Below are positions 9,706 to 22,500 of a stretch of DNA of 64,000 nucleotides, in pieces. Origin of the DNA: Diplonema japonicum (Eukaryota; Protista; Euglenozoa: Diplonemea). How positions within the stretch are numbered: position 1 is the stretch's first letter; the number at the start of each line of letters is the position of its first letter. The notes under the pieces were generated by a model. It had not been told where the DNA came from and searched no databases. It was given only the letters and a program-made list of their open reading frames with translations. Position numbers and translations under genes: made by a program. Location: the NCBI GenBank assembly GCA_964019335.1, contig OZ025739.1, positions 310,001 to 374,000 of the forward strand. Direction: 5' to 3'.

Positions 9706-11781
9706 ATGTCATCGAACTATGTAGACAAGCACATCCAAGAGGCAGAGGTCAGGTTCGAGGAAAAATATCTGGCAGCCAAGAGGGGCGAAGTACTCAGTGT
9801 AGCCAACAACGTGGGCGAGAAGATGCACAACCTAAGGGCACAGATTCAAGGCCAACCTTTACTGGAGTCTGATAGTCACTTAATGACAATGATAAGCGAC
9901 TCAGAGAAATACAGTAACTACGACTATGTGGTGAAGGGAGATGCGAACCGCAAGCTCACACACACCGTGACCTCACTCCTGAAGGCGCTCCTGCGTGACG
10001 TTGTGAGTACAGCCGACCTTGGCCTGCGCAAGATCAACATCGAAAAGTGCTGGAACTGGTACAAAGACAAAATGAAACTCGTCATCGACTGGAAGCTAGA
10101 GCGCATGGGGTCCCCGTCACCCCCCGACTCCCCAGCGAAGCCCCAAAAAACCGTCCGCACCATCGACAACACGGAACCCGTGCAAGGCAAGCTCCGCACT
10201 GAAACTGCAAAAGTCCTCAGGAAGCCCCACGTCAACTACGTTGTACGGAACCAACCCGGTCTCGGTCTTGACTTTAAAGTCAAAGCAGAGGACGCACAGG
10301 AGAAGACAGGCATCACAAAGAAGCTCGAGCGGCATCTCGAGAACCTTGCCGCGAATATGCTGTCGCGAAAGGAGGCACGCGAGAGCAGCAATGTCATCAA
10401 GACCGCCCTCGGGGAACAGGTGCCCCCTGTGACGGAGACCGTCGAGGAGGCGCCCGCCCAGAAGCCACGCTCCAAGTGGCGCCCTAAAGAGCATGACGAA
10501 CCAACGCCCCCGCCTCCTCCGCCCCCCCTGCGGCAATATCCCAGAGTTGTCTACAAGCAGGACACCCCGGGCAGCAAGAAGTCCAAAGGCCCCCCGACCT
10601 TCCTACACGCGAGGAACGGTTTGGCCCCCGAAATGGAACGCTTGGTGCCTAATGGGAAGGATGAGGTGGTGTCCGCTGATCTGGCACAGGCGAAGGAGCT
10701 GCTCGGGCTCGGGAAGGAGGAGGAGCAGCGCGAGTGGTCGAACATGCAGAAGACATGGATACAGAACGAGGGGACGGCCACCGACGAGACACTGGAGCCT
10801 TTAGAGCGGGCACTGGCCAACACGCAGAAAATGTGGGTGGCTGCTCGTGCGAAGGAGGTGGAGGAGCTTCATGAGGAGAAGGAGTTCCACGACACCATCA
10901 CGCTGTGGGCGTACAACCACGCAAGGGTGGAGGAGGAGATCCACAGGAAGCAGGAATCGTCGACTACAGCCTCGCAGATAGGCAGGACACACCACCTGAT
11001 ACTGGCAAAGCGGCCTGGCACGGCAAAACCACCCGCCCCAGGCCACTCCCTGCTGGGAGATGGGACAGTGAACCCGTCGCTGTCGGCGTATGACCACAGA
11101 CTGGCAACGGGGTATGAGATGATCTTGGAAGAAAAGGACAAGGCACTGTCAAGGAAGACCCCCGACGACGGGATGCTGCAGCACTTCAAAGAGTACGGGA
11201 TAAAACCTGTCAACTCGGAGCTGCTTGTCGGGACGGGGGGCACGCACATCGAGCTGGATGTCATAAAGGACAAGCACACCGCCTTCGCCCCAAGCATTGA
11301 AAGGCAGACATACATGCCGCCAAGAGCGAACTCCGCACCCCCCGCAAGGGGCGAGGACAAGAAGAAAACGAAGAAGAAGGGGAAAGGTAAAGGGAAGGGG
11401 AAGAAAGCTGCAGCGGCAGCAAACGCTGTACAAGGCGAGAAGCGGCTGACAGAAGAAGAACTGCAGCGCAAGGTCGCAATCTTCCAGTGGCTGTTCCCCT
11501 CCATGACAACCGTTGAGGAGGTCCCTTCCTTGGAGCGTCTGAAGCAGCTTAAAACAGTTGAGACTATAAAGCAGACATTGGCCAAGAACAGTGTCCACGT
11601 GCCCCTTAGCGTGATAGAGAAGGGCATCCTCACTCCTGAGTACCAGCCGTACCTCGACTGCGTCAGAAACCTCCCGTCACGAGAGCAAGGGTTCTGCAAG
11701 GAGTCGTTGTTGATGCCTTCGGCAAAAGCCAAGACCAAAGCACCATCGAAGAAGAAGAAGAAGAAATCGAAAAAGAAATGA
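9706..11781 (+). CDS. Hypothetical 691-aa protein with coiled-coil and Lys-rich segments; function unknown
   Basis: Long ORF with the coding-like GC3 bias of neighbouring genes; no motif I can name confidently. Confidence 0.75.
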   Translation: MSSNYVDKHIQEAEVRFEEKYLAAKRGEVLSVANNVGEKMHNLRAQIQGQPLLESDSHLMTMISDSEKYSNYDYVVKGDANRKLTHTVTSLLKALLRDVVSTADLGLRKINIEKCWNWYKDKMKLVIDWKLERMGSPSPPDSPAKPQKTVRTIDNTEPVQGKLRTETAKVLRKPHVNYVVRNQPGLGLDFKVKAEDAQEKTGITKKLERHLENLAANMLSRKEARESSNVIKTALGEQVPPVTETVEEAPAQKPRSKWRPKEHDEPTPPPPPPPLRQYPRVVYKQDTPGSKKSKGPPTFLHARNGLAPEMERLVPNGKDEVVSADLAQAKELLGLGKEEEQREWSNMQKTWIQNEGTATDETLEPLERALANTQKMWVAARAKEVEELHEEKEFHDTITLWAYNHARVEEEIHRKQESSTTASQIGRTHHLILAKRPGTAKPPAPGHSLLGDGTVNPSLSAYDHRLATGYEMILEEKDKALSRKTPDDGMLQHFKEYGIKPVNSELLVGTGGTHIELDVIKDKHTAFAPSIERQTYMPPRANSAPPARGEDKKKTKKKGKGKGKGKKAAAAANAVQGEKRLTEEELQRKVAIFQWLFPSMTTVEEVPSLERLKQLKTVETIKQTLAKNSVHVPLSVIEKGILTPEYQPYLDCVRNLPSREQGFCKESLLMPSAKAKTKAPSKKKKKKSKKK

Positions 11782-11887
11782 GGGCTTTCCAGACTCACTC
11801 ATGTTTTTCTTCTTCCTCCCCCCCCCCCCCCCCCATCTTTGAGATAAGAAAAAATAAAATAAAAAAAGCGAGGGATAAAAAAAAAAA

Positions 11888-12349
11888 ATGGAAATCAGAA
11901 GCTGTGAAGGTTGCGTGGATTTCGATTCTCCGGAGAAGGTATGTTTTGTGTTGTTGTTGCTGTTCCAACTTTTTTTTTTTTTTTTTGCAGCCGTCGGTGC
12001 AACTTGAAAGTGAGTGGAATGAGCAAGAGTTTATGAAGGAGACCGCTGACGTGTTCAAAAAAATCGCGAGGAATGGCAAAATTATGAGGGATGACCTCAA
12101 GCGCTGGCTGATGCGCACAAAATTCCAGGAGGAACGGGGCCGAAACAAGACGTTGCCTCACGAGATTATAGCTGAGATTGATGCAACATTCAATGAACTT
12201 GACCTGACAGGCACTGGTAGTGTGACGCTTCACGAATTTAGGAGGTACCACAGGTGTGCGTGAGAACGACTAAAAAAAAATCTTTTTTATCACCTTGTAG
12301 GTCTCGCTTTGAGAAAGTCATTCAAGAACTCAGGGACTACGGGCAGTGA
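11888..12349 (+). CDS. Small EF-hand protein (120 aa); exons 11888-11938, 11991-12253, 12301-12349
   Basis: EF-hand FNELDLTGTGSVTLHEF. GT-AG introns 11939-11990 and 12254-12300 give a continuous frame ending ...ELRDYGQ*. Confidence 0.75.
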
Positions 12350-13286
12350 ATGGGGAAAAAAAAAAAAAAAAAAAAAAAAATCTTTGTAATTTTTTTTTTC
12401 TTCTTTTTTTTATTTTCCCCCCTCCATATTTGTACTCCCCCTATCCTCCCCACCCCATCGGAGGGGGGGGAAAAAAAGAGAGGTGGGAAGGGAGTGGGGG
12501 GGGTTAAAAAAGAAAAAGTGTAAAACAGGTTAACGAATAATGAGAGAAAACAGGGAAGGGGAACTGAACAAGGGAAAAAAAAAAAAAGAAAAGGGAGAAC
12601 ACGTGTTTATTCACACAGAATTACACCCTCTTTGTTTAATTAAAAAAAAAAAAGAATCGGCGATTGTTGTTGTGGTTTTTTTTTTTTTCTTCCCCTTCCG
12701 ACTCTCAATCATTCAGTGCAGATTTTTTGGTCAGTGCAAAATATACTCTTTGTCTCCACCCCCTGTTTTTCTTCAGGATTGTATGTTCCCCCCCCCCCCC
12801 CCCCCCCTCCAACAGGTCCCCTTTTTTTACTTTCTTTGTATTTTTTCTCTTTTTTTTTTACATATTTTTGCTGTCCGTGGAAGGGAATTTTTACGGGTTG
12901 CAAAAAAAGAAAATGTAGGCGAAGGTGCGCCCCATGTGGTGACGCTATAGTACCTTGAGGGCAAGTACAAAAAAAAAAAAAAAAAAAAAAAAGAAGAAGA
13001 GAAAGAAGAGAAAAATAGCCGTAAAGAGAAGAGAAATTTCTGGGTGGGAAGGGGGGGTGGGGGGTCGTTTTCTGCAAACACTTTCCCCCCCATCATGGTG
13101 AATTTTTTTTTTCCCATGCTGCTCTTTTTTTTTTTGAAGTTACTGTTGGTCTACTCCCCCACACCCTTTGCGTACCTCTATTTTATGATGGAATGATGAT
13201 GATGAAACAGAAACACATTTGTTATTTTTGTAATTATCAAAAAAAAAAAAAAGAATGGTTTGGCACGACGAGCAATCACCTTTATT

Positions 13287-13323
<37 letters not shown>

Positions 13324-13554
13324 CCCTTCTCCTTCGCAGCCCGTCAAGCGCAGTTAATTTCCTTCTTATTGCAACACACACTCCCTCATATATCCCCCCC
13401 CCCTCCTTTTTGTCCACCCCCCCCCCCCCCCCTCTCCCCCTCCTTTTTTATACGGAAAAAAATTCTTTTTATTCGTACCCATTCTTCATATTAAAGAAAA
13501 ACGTCACCTCCAGGCTTGTTGTTGGTACCTTATGCCTATGCTATATGTACATGC

Positions 13555-15892
13555 ATGGTTACACACCGACTTATAGAAGCCCTGCTAGTGGTGGGGCACG
13601 GACAGTGGGCATACCACAACGACAAAAAAAAAGCGCTAAAAGCGAGGGACTTCAGACGGAGCGGGAAAGAGATATTTGATGAGGTGCTGTTCGAGCCCAC
13701 CGTCATGGATGTGTACCCACGGTGGTACAGGGACCAGCTCCCCGCCTGTGTAGAGGCCTTCTGCTTGCCCGAAGGAGTGAAAATGAAGGAAGGCTGGCCC
13801 GAAGATGCCGTCCGGGTGTGGGACCTCAAAAAGGAAGACCCCACAGTGTTCACCTTTATGCTCACATCACGCAACGGTGAGAAACTATATGGCGTGTCCC
13901 TCATATGGTGGGACCCTTTGGTACCATCAGAGCAGAATGCCATGTGGGACCACATCGGGCCACCTATGAACGATTCCGTGTCTCTTATAAGGAACGCCTC
14001 GCGGACGGTGACCCAGAAGAGTCTTTGCATGCTCACCCGCCATAGCCATGTCCATTCCGTTCGTGAGGTGCTTCTTCACGTGTTTAAGTCTCAGGGTGGC
14101 ATGCACTGCCCTATTGAGCACCTCATAAAGTGGAGTGTTGAGGATTTCCACCTCCCGCCCCTTGGTACTGCCTCTGTGCAGGTTCCCCTCGGAAGTAGGT
14201 CGTTGTTTATCCAGCGTCCGAGCGGGCTGCCTGTCTTGGAGTATCGGGTGCATGAGGTGTTCTGTTCGCTTGGTGTTGATCTTGTCGTTGAGGCCTTCCA
14301 CCACGTCCTCACTGAGAAGAAGCTCCTTGTGACAGGCACGGACTACGCCATGCTGGGCGATGTTGTGGGTTGTCTCTTGACGCTCATCTGGCCTATGGAG
14401 TGGTTCCATGTTGCCATCCCCCTCCTCCCGCACTGGTCGCGCTTCCTCGCCGTCCTGTCGGCCCCCGTCCCCTTTATCATAGGTGTCCCGAGGTCTTACT
14501 ACACCCCGCCCACCCCCGCACCTCCCGACCTGGTCACCCTTGATCTCGACAACCGTACCCTGACCCCCCCCGACAACGCTCAGCCCCTCCCACGTCTTGC
14601 AAAGAAGTCCTTGACACAGAAGCTCAAGAAGCTTCTCTCGACCTTCTCCTCGGTACCCGCAACGGACAAGCTTCCCTTCTCCCACCCGTCCTTTCCCAAA
14701 AGGGAGATACAGCTTGTGTTCTGCAAGTATCTTGCGGATATCCTGCAGGGCTACAAGTCGCAGGGCTTCCCAAGCAACGTGACTGGGAAGGACGCAGACT
14801 TCATTCGAGAAGTGACGCAGAGCCAAGCGTTCCAAGCACTGGCGGCAGGGAGGATGCTTGCGCAGAAGTTCGACATGCTTGTTGAGGAACGGAGTGGGAG
14901 GGGTGTCTTCCGGCGGAGAAAGGCGGAGGGGGTGTTGCTGGAAGTGCCGAAGAAGACGAGCTTAGCACCGGGGCAACCAAAGGCGGGAGAGCTTGTGAGA
15001 TTCGACAGGTTCCCGCAACTGAGCGACGCAGTACTAGACGGGATAGAAGGGAAGCGGGAGGTGAGACCCATCGACACACGGGCAGTGCAGGCATCATGGC
15101 GGCAGGCGCTGTCGTCGCTGAAGGTACTGCACGACTCCATCGTGTCGAACAGCAGCGAGCACAAGCGCCGCACGTTGTTCGGCAATCTCCGACGACGGTC
15201 TCTCGACACAAGCCTGCCGCTGAGCCATCTGACGTCCCCTACCGATTACGTCGACAGGGGTATAGGAGCTCACGTATGCACGACACCCTTCCACCTCCAC
15301 TCTTCTTACTACACACAGGTCGACCCCTTGGGCAGTATCTTCGTGGGAAGCATCTCACGCTGTGCCCGCATCTCCTTCGTCGTTGGTACGTCGTGCAAGG
15401 ACTGCTCAGTGCTGCTGTCTGAGGACCTCTTGATGCAGAAGCTCGCAGGGGTGAACGATTACAGAATAGCGTGTCCGAACTGCAAGAGCATGGTCTCTTT
15501 GTACTTTACAGTGACATTGAAAGTCGACGGTGGTGACGGGGAGGAATGCTCGTGGTCCCATCAGTATGTTAAGCGGTCCACCATGTAGACACATGCAGGG
15601 TCTTGTTCCTCTCAGCGCAGCATTTGATCAAAGAGGTGCAGAATTTGGAGTCACGCGGGATACCTGCCGACGAGCTGTTGTGTAAATCACACGCGACCTC
15701 CTTTTGGAACCTGTTGCGGGTGTTCAGAGCTGTCGCCGTGCCCGTCGAAATGTTGCTGCCACAGGTGTGAGATTCTGGAAAAAAAAAGCGTGATTTTAAA
15801 ACAACAACAACAAACAGGTGAATTGGTTGTCATTGGTTGACCTCATATTCGAGTCGTGTCCTGTAAAAGCACCTGTGCCAACGAGCGAGTAA
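13555..15892 (+). CDS. DENN domain Rab-GEF, DENND4-like; exons 13555-15563, 15599-15764, 15818-15892
   Basis: uDENN RLIEALLVVG and AFCLPEG; cDENN VLTEKKLLV...IWPMEWFHVAIPLLP...LSAPVPFIIG. Splicing 15564-15598 restores the DENND4-type C-terminal VLFLSAQHLIKEV...FWNL. The last intron (15765-15817) is less certain. Confidence 0.85.
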
Positions 15893-15940
15893 CGACAATA
15901 ATAAATTTTTTTTTTTTTTAAAAAAAAGTAAAACAAAAAA

Positions 15941-15977
15941 AGGCGTCCTGCCACATACCGCAGGTACCCTTAAATGT

Positions 15978-15980
<3 letters not shown>
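15941..15980 (+). repeat. Dispersed 40-nt repeat (motif A), a copy of the retroelement tail at 9548-9587; diverged copy at 30844-30873
   Basis: AGGCGTCCTGCCACATACCGCAGGTWCCCTTAAATGTCTC, 39/40 identical between 9548 and 15941. Confidence 0.9.
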
Positions 15981-16031
<51 letters not shown>

Positions 16032-16032
<1 letters not shown>

Positions 16033-16057
16033 AGTGAGCACCCCCATGCACACTGAA
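16032..16057 (+). repeat. Dispersed 26-nt repeat (motif B); second copy at 34318-34344
   Basis: CAGTGAGCAC(C)nATGCACACTGAA; the copies differ only by one C in the homopolymer. Confidence 0.9.
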
Positions 16058-16174
16058 ATTTTATCGAGTTTTTTTTTCCTTATTCTGTATCTTAAAAATT
16101 TTTTTTTTCCTGACATCTGGGTTTTCAAAAAAAAAAAAACCCCTACCACAGATCAGTTAAAGAAATAAGGAAAC

Positions 16175-16565
16175 ATGATGCAGCAGGTACTCGGTACGCT
16201 GTTGCTGCTCAGCATAAGCGGTGCTGAGGGGTACAACTACATCACTGGTATTGCTCTTAGGTCGTACGAGATGGGGGAGGAGGTGGGGCCTATTAAGGTA
16301 AACTCTCTCTTCAGCCACGAGGACCTGGTGTCTCTGGACTTTTACAGCCTCAAATTCTGCTCCCCGTCCAAAAGCGAAATCACCGAGAAGTCAAAAGACG
16401 AGAAACTCGGCGAGGTGATCTGGGGGGACAGGATCGCACCGTCGCTGTACAAGGCCGAGATGATGAAGGACGTGAAGTGCAAGAAGGTGCAGTGCCAGGA
16501 CAACAAAATCAACGAAGTCGAGCTGCAAAGGTTCGAAAGGAGAATCAACGCGGGGTATGCCTTCA

Positions 16566-16602
<37 letters not shown>

Positions 16603-18259
16603 CTCACAGGTACCGTGGCACCTTCGTGCTGGACAACCTCCCAGTGATCTCTAACGCCTCATGGGTGTACGAGGCAAAGTGCCCCTCTGGCAAGCAGATC
16701 TACGACACCCACACCCGTGGGTTCTCTCTGGGTGTTCCCAAGAGCTGCCTCGAGACCGAGACCCACATCCACAACCACCTTGCCCTGCACATCCACGCCA
16801 ACGAGCAGCCCAACGGGAAGTACGTCATTGTGGGCTTCTACGTGGTCCCTTACAGTGTGGACTACTCCGGTGCCACCGAGTGCAATGACAACATGAAGCT
16901 CACGGACACACACCCTGTGACCACCAACCCCAAGCAGACAAACGAAATCACTTGGACCTATTCCGTGGAATGGCACAAGTCGGATGTCGAGTGGGGCAAC
17001 AGATGGGACGCCTACCTGAACCTTGCTTTCAGCAACAGAAACGCAAGAGTGCACTGGCTGGGTATCGTTAACTCCTCGCTGATTATCCTCTGCCTGGCAA
17101 CCATCGTTGCTATGATCATCATCAGGGCGCTTAGGATGGATATCCTGAAGTATGAAGAGGAGTTCGAGCAGCAGGAGATCATCGACGAGGTGGGCTGGAA
17201 GCTCGTCCACGGGGACGTCTTCCGCACACCAGGCTGGCCGAGGATGTACGCTATCCTGCTGGGCACAGGTGTCCAGCTTCTTGGGATGTCTTTCCTCGTT
17301 TTTGTGTTCGCGCTGCTCGGGTTCCTGTCGCCCGCCAACAGAGGCGGTCTGCTCACTGCCGCCATTCTTCTGTTCGTGCTGATGTCCCTTGTGAATGGGT
17401 ACGTCACTGCAATGGTGCTCAAGATGTTCTACATCGAGGAATGGAAGACGATCTTCGGGGCGGCGCTTTTCTTCCCCGGGTGGTTGTTCGCCTTCTGGGT
17501 GTTCTCCGAGGTACGCTAGGGGTAGGGGGGAAATATATTTTGGAAAAAAAAAAAAGAAAAAAAAAAATCTCAGATCCTCATTATCTCGACGAGGCCTAGC
17601 TACAACAGCGCACCTGTCATTTACAACACGTTGTACATGTTTGCCTTGTGGTTGGGAGTGTCCCTTCCGCTGGTCATTCTTGGTGCGTCCTTCGGAAGGA
17701 AGGGGCCAATTCCCGGGGTCCCGGTTAAGGTATACAAATTTTTAAAATTGAATTTATTTTCGTTTTTTTCACACAGGTGAACCCTGTGGCCAGGGCAATC
17801 CCCCCTCAAAGGTGGTACCTTGACACGTGGTTCCTGCTTGTAGTGCCCGGGTTGGTACCGTTCGGTGCCGCCTTCATCGAGCTTCGCTTCATCCTGTCGA
17901 GCATGTGGCAGGGCATGGTGTATTACGTTTTTGGCTTCCTGTCGCTCACTGCGCTCACGGTGCTTGTCGTGTCCATTGAGGTGACTGTAGTGGTGGTGTA
18001 CTTCTTGCTGGTGTTCGAGGACCACAGGTGGTGGTGGAAGGCGTTCGTCATCCCTGGTGGAATGGGCATTCACTTCTTCCTTTACTCCCTTTACTACGCG
18101 CAGACCCAGCTGAGGATCCACAACCCCCTGTCCCAGCTGATCTTTGTGGAGATCATGCTCACTTTCAGTACCGCCATCTACATCGCCATTGGTACAGTAG
18201 GTATCGTTTCTGGCTACCTCTTTGTCAGGATCATCTATGGATCGATTAAAGTGGAGTAA
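16175..18259 (+). CDS. TM9SF: Transmembrane 9 superfamily (EMP70/nonaspanin) protein, 639 aa; introns 16555-16609, 17511-17573, 17730-17776
   Basis: Motifs LGEVIWGDRI, LDNLP, RWDAYL, VHWLGIVNS, GWKLVHGDVFRTP, FGAAFIEL, EDHRWWW and C-terminal IYGSIKVE. Splicing joins all the ORF pieces in frame. Confidence 0.93.
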
Positions 18260-18465
18260 GTTTTTTTTTTTTTTTTTTTTTTTTTCCCACCCGTTCTATT
18301 TTTTTTCATTGTCTTACCCTCCCCCCCCCCCCTTTTTTTTAAAGAAAAGCTTGCAAGCGAAAAAAAGAGAGAAAAATGAGAAAAAAAAAGAGAAAAAAAA
18401 AGAGGGGAAATAAAAAAAAGGGTTGAACTTTTTAGTTGCGGTGGAGGGTCTGGTCTGTCCCTTTT

Positions 18466-18518
<53 letters not shown>

Positions 18519-19501
18519 GCCTAGAGACTGTTGTAGTATTCAAGAGGTGTTCCTTTGCGGGACAACACCTTGTCAAAATAAAATTTACGAAAAAAAAAAA
18601 GAAAGGGGGTGGCAAGTAGGGGGGTGGTGGTGGTTGATGAATAAGAAGAGTTTAAACAACTGATAAGGGATCAAAGTTGAAGCGAATTTAAAAAAAAAAA
18701 AAAAAAAAGAAAGAATAGAAAAGGCTTACCTTTTCCTTCTTTTTAACCACACCCCTCCTGCGGCATTGGGTATCTTGGCTTTTTTTTTTTTTAATATAGT
18801 GTTTTTCTTCTTTTCTTTTTTTTTTTTTTTAAAGGTTTTCCTTCTTCTTTTTTGTGAAAGAAAGCGGGTACGGGCTTTTTTTCTATCCTGGGTCCTCAGA
18901 AAAAAAAAATCTCTATTAGGAGATAGAGAGACCACAGAATAGGTGTCATTTAGTTTCTTTTTCCCCGCCCTCCCCCCTTTGCTTTTTTTTTATCTTTTTT
19001 TTTCCCCTGTTTACTTTATCTTAAAGTACAAGAGGTGACAAATTCTAGAAACGGCAAATGTGGGGCGAGGGGAAGAGAAATTAAATGACCCCTCCCCCCG
19101 CCTCGATTTCTTTTTTTCTTTTTTTTACCCTCCCCCTTAAGAATTAGTTTTGCCCCCTTAAGAACTTCCACTCTCGAACTCAACAAAGAAATACGTTTTT
19201 TTTTTTTTTTTTACCCCTTTTTACCCACGGCGGGGTAGGCCATCAGTAGAGTTCCTTCCCGCTACACATTGTGATTTTGTCTTTTTGTTCACCCACCCCA
19301 CAACCACAACCACCACCCCGCCTTTAAAAAAAAAAAAAAAGAAATACACAATAATTGGCCTTTTCTTTCTTTCTTTTTTTTTTTTTTTTTTTTTTTTTTA
19401 CCCCGCTCCCCTCAAAAAAACCGAAAACTCACAAAAAAAACCACAGGAAGTGGGGGCGGAGCGTGTGCGGGGGGGAGGGGAGGAAACCGCGGGCGAACAT
19501 A

Positions 19502-22500
19502 ATGCTCCGCCGCAACAAGGATGACAACAATGAATGCACGCTGAAGAGGTTAAGAGCCTTTAGCACAGAGATGTACGTGAGCCTGCCAGGCGACGCATCT
19601 GTGCGGCACTTCGACGGGGAAACAAAAGACGGGAAGCCTCATGGCTTTGGCCTCGCTCTCTTCCACGACGGGAGCAGGTTCGCAGGGCAGTGGGTCAACG
19701 GGGTACGCCATGGACGAGGTGTGTTCGACAGCAAGGATAATGGTTCCTACGACGGCGACTGGTCAGGAGACCTCTACCACGGCCAGGGCAAGCGTATCTA
19801 TGACGATGGGTGCATCTACATAGGTGAGTGGAAGGAAGCCAAACGCCACGGAACAGGTACCCTCTCTACCCGAGACTTCAAGTACGAAGGCCCTTGGGTC
19901 GGCGACTCCCCTTTCGGCACCAGCTGCCACTACACCTCCGGTGGCTTCCTCCGTATCATGACAAAGCCCTCTGGGAGCAATTCGTCCTCCCCCACCTTCC
20001 CTTCCGAATTCTTCGCTGAAAAAACAGGCGGCGGTATCAAGCAGTACGAAGGCCCCATCCACAACGAGCGCGGCCGCCATGGCAGAGGTAGGACGGAGTA
20101 CAAGAACGGTATGGTGTACCATGGGGAGTACGTTATGAACAAGCGAAACGGGAAGGGTTCGTGTGTGTACGAGAACGGCGATAGGTACGAAGGGGAATGG
20201 GCAGGGGACCAACGGAACGGCAAAGGCGTGCAAGTGTACTCCCACGGGGGCCGCTACGAGGGCGACTGGTGCAAGGACATGAAGGAGGGACAGGGGTCCA
20301 GAGACTACCACAACGGCGACAAGTACCACGGGGAGTGGCTGAAGGACGAGGTCAGCGGCAAAGGCACAATGGTGTACAGAAACAACGACGAGTATACAGG
20401 CGACTGGAAAGCAGGCAAGCGGCATGGCATGGGACAGTTCAAGTTCCACAAGCAGTGCGCCGAGTACACCGGCCCCCTCGTCAACGGGCTCATCCACACA
20501 GGCGAGTCGGGCCTCGTTCACGGGAAGATGAAGTACCAAAACGGCGACATATTCATAGGGCATTTCATTAAGGGAGAGCGCACCAAGGGCATTATGTGGA
20601 GCAACGACGGGTCCGTGTACTCAGGGGACTGCAAGTACGACAAAGCTCACGGGAAAGGCATCATGTGGCACGACGGCAGCTTTTTCTACGGCACGTGGCA
20701 CCGTGGTGTGCAGTCGGGAACAGGTTGCAAGCGATACGCAGACAAATCAGAATACGTAGGAGGCTGGAAGGACAAGATGCGCACGGGGCAGGGCACACTG
20801 CAAAGGGAGGACAAGACAGTCGTGCACGGCCTGTGGGAAAACGACGAGCCGACCGTCCACTACGACGGCCAGTGGCAGGACCAATTGTTCCACGGCGTCG
20901 GGAAGTACTGCTATGCAAACGGCTCGTCTTACTACGGGATCTGGTCGGCCGGCCACAAGTACAACATTGGAACGATTCTATTCAAGGACACGGGGAAGTA
21001 CCAGGGGGGCATGTTGAACGACCTGCCGCATGGCAACGGGCTGCTGACATACCCCAACAAATCTACATATGCCGGGGCATGGCAAGAAGGGATACGGAAC
21101 GGGCAGGGGTCGCTGTTCGACAGTGAAGGGAATGTTTTTTCGGGAACATGGACTTCCAACCAGCAGAACGGTCCTGGCCTGTACTACGTAGCAGACAAAT
21201 GCGTGATGCAAGCAGAGTGGGTAGACTCCAAGGTGGTGGGCGAGGTCATCACGCACTTCAGCAACGGGCGGATCGTGAAGTCCCTCTACGTCGATGGGTG
21301 CGAACAGAGTGGCATCATGTCGAAGGCACTGCGTGTCGTCAACGAGCCGTTCGGCACAGCGTGCAAGGGGTGCAATGTCACCTTCGGTATGACAAGGTGG
21401 AAGTATCTCTGCATCGGATGCAGACAGCCCTTCTGCACAGCGTGCCTCAAGGAAGTTAAGTACTGCACCAAATTCAGCAAATTCACGTACGACCCTCCCA
21501 ACGGCGACAAGACGCTCGACGGAAAAGCCTGTTCGCAGTGCAATGCTAGTGCTGCGGCAGGTGCCTCAATCCTCACTGTATGGGACGGCAAGGAAGTCTC
21601 TATAGGGACGGTAGTGGGGAAGAAGTTCAACGGCAACATCCAGCGGCACTACGCATCCGGCAACGTGTACGTGGGTGAAATGAAGGACGACAAGGAAGAG
21701 GGAAGGGGAAACCTGCTCAACTCCGATGGGACGGAGTACACAGGACAGTTCAAAGGCGGTACAAAGTCAGGCCATGGATACCTCAGGAACCTCGACGGGA
21801 CGGTGTGTGAGGGAGTGTTCGAAAACGACATTCTTCTGAAGACACAGTACCGCGGTGAGATGAAGAGAGTCACGACCGATGGAAAACCAGAGAGCATCAC
21901 GGTAGGTCTGGAGCGCCATGGGAGGGGCGAAGCTTGGTACATCGATGGCGGGTATTACAACGGAGAACACGCCTCTGGGGCACGCAATGGTGTGGGTGAG
22001 ATGAAGTACCCCAACGGGGACTGCTACATAGGTGAGTGGCAGGCTGGGACACGAAACGGACGGGGAAGGTTCACAGCAGATGGAAAATCTGTGTATACAG
22101 GGATGTGGAAACAAGACCAAAAACACGGGCGTGGCTTCTTAACGGACACTGTAACCTCTCTGGTGTACGAGGCAGAGTGGTGCGATGACGAGGTGGAGGG
22201 CATTGTGGTTATCAGGAAGCCTGGGGGAGTGATCTCTGTTGAGGTATGGGAGAAGGGCATCGAGAAGAGCGATGTCTTCAAGCCGCCTGCCATGGCCGCC
22301 GACACTACGTCATTGATATGCAACGGGTGCGAAAGGTCCTTCACCTTCGTCAGGAGGCGGCACCATTGCAGGGGGTGCGGGCTTCTCTTTTGCCACGATT
22401 GCACGTCAAAGACGAGGGTCTTCCCGAGCCACTTCAAACACCAGTCGTCGCAGCGCATCTGCTCGAAATGCAACCTCGCCATCGACATTGGAATGTCGGT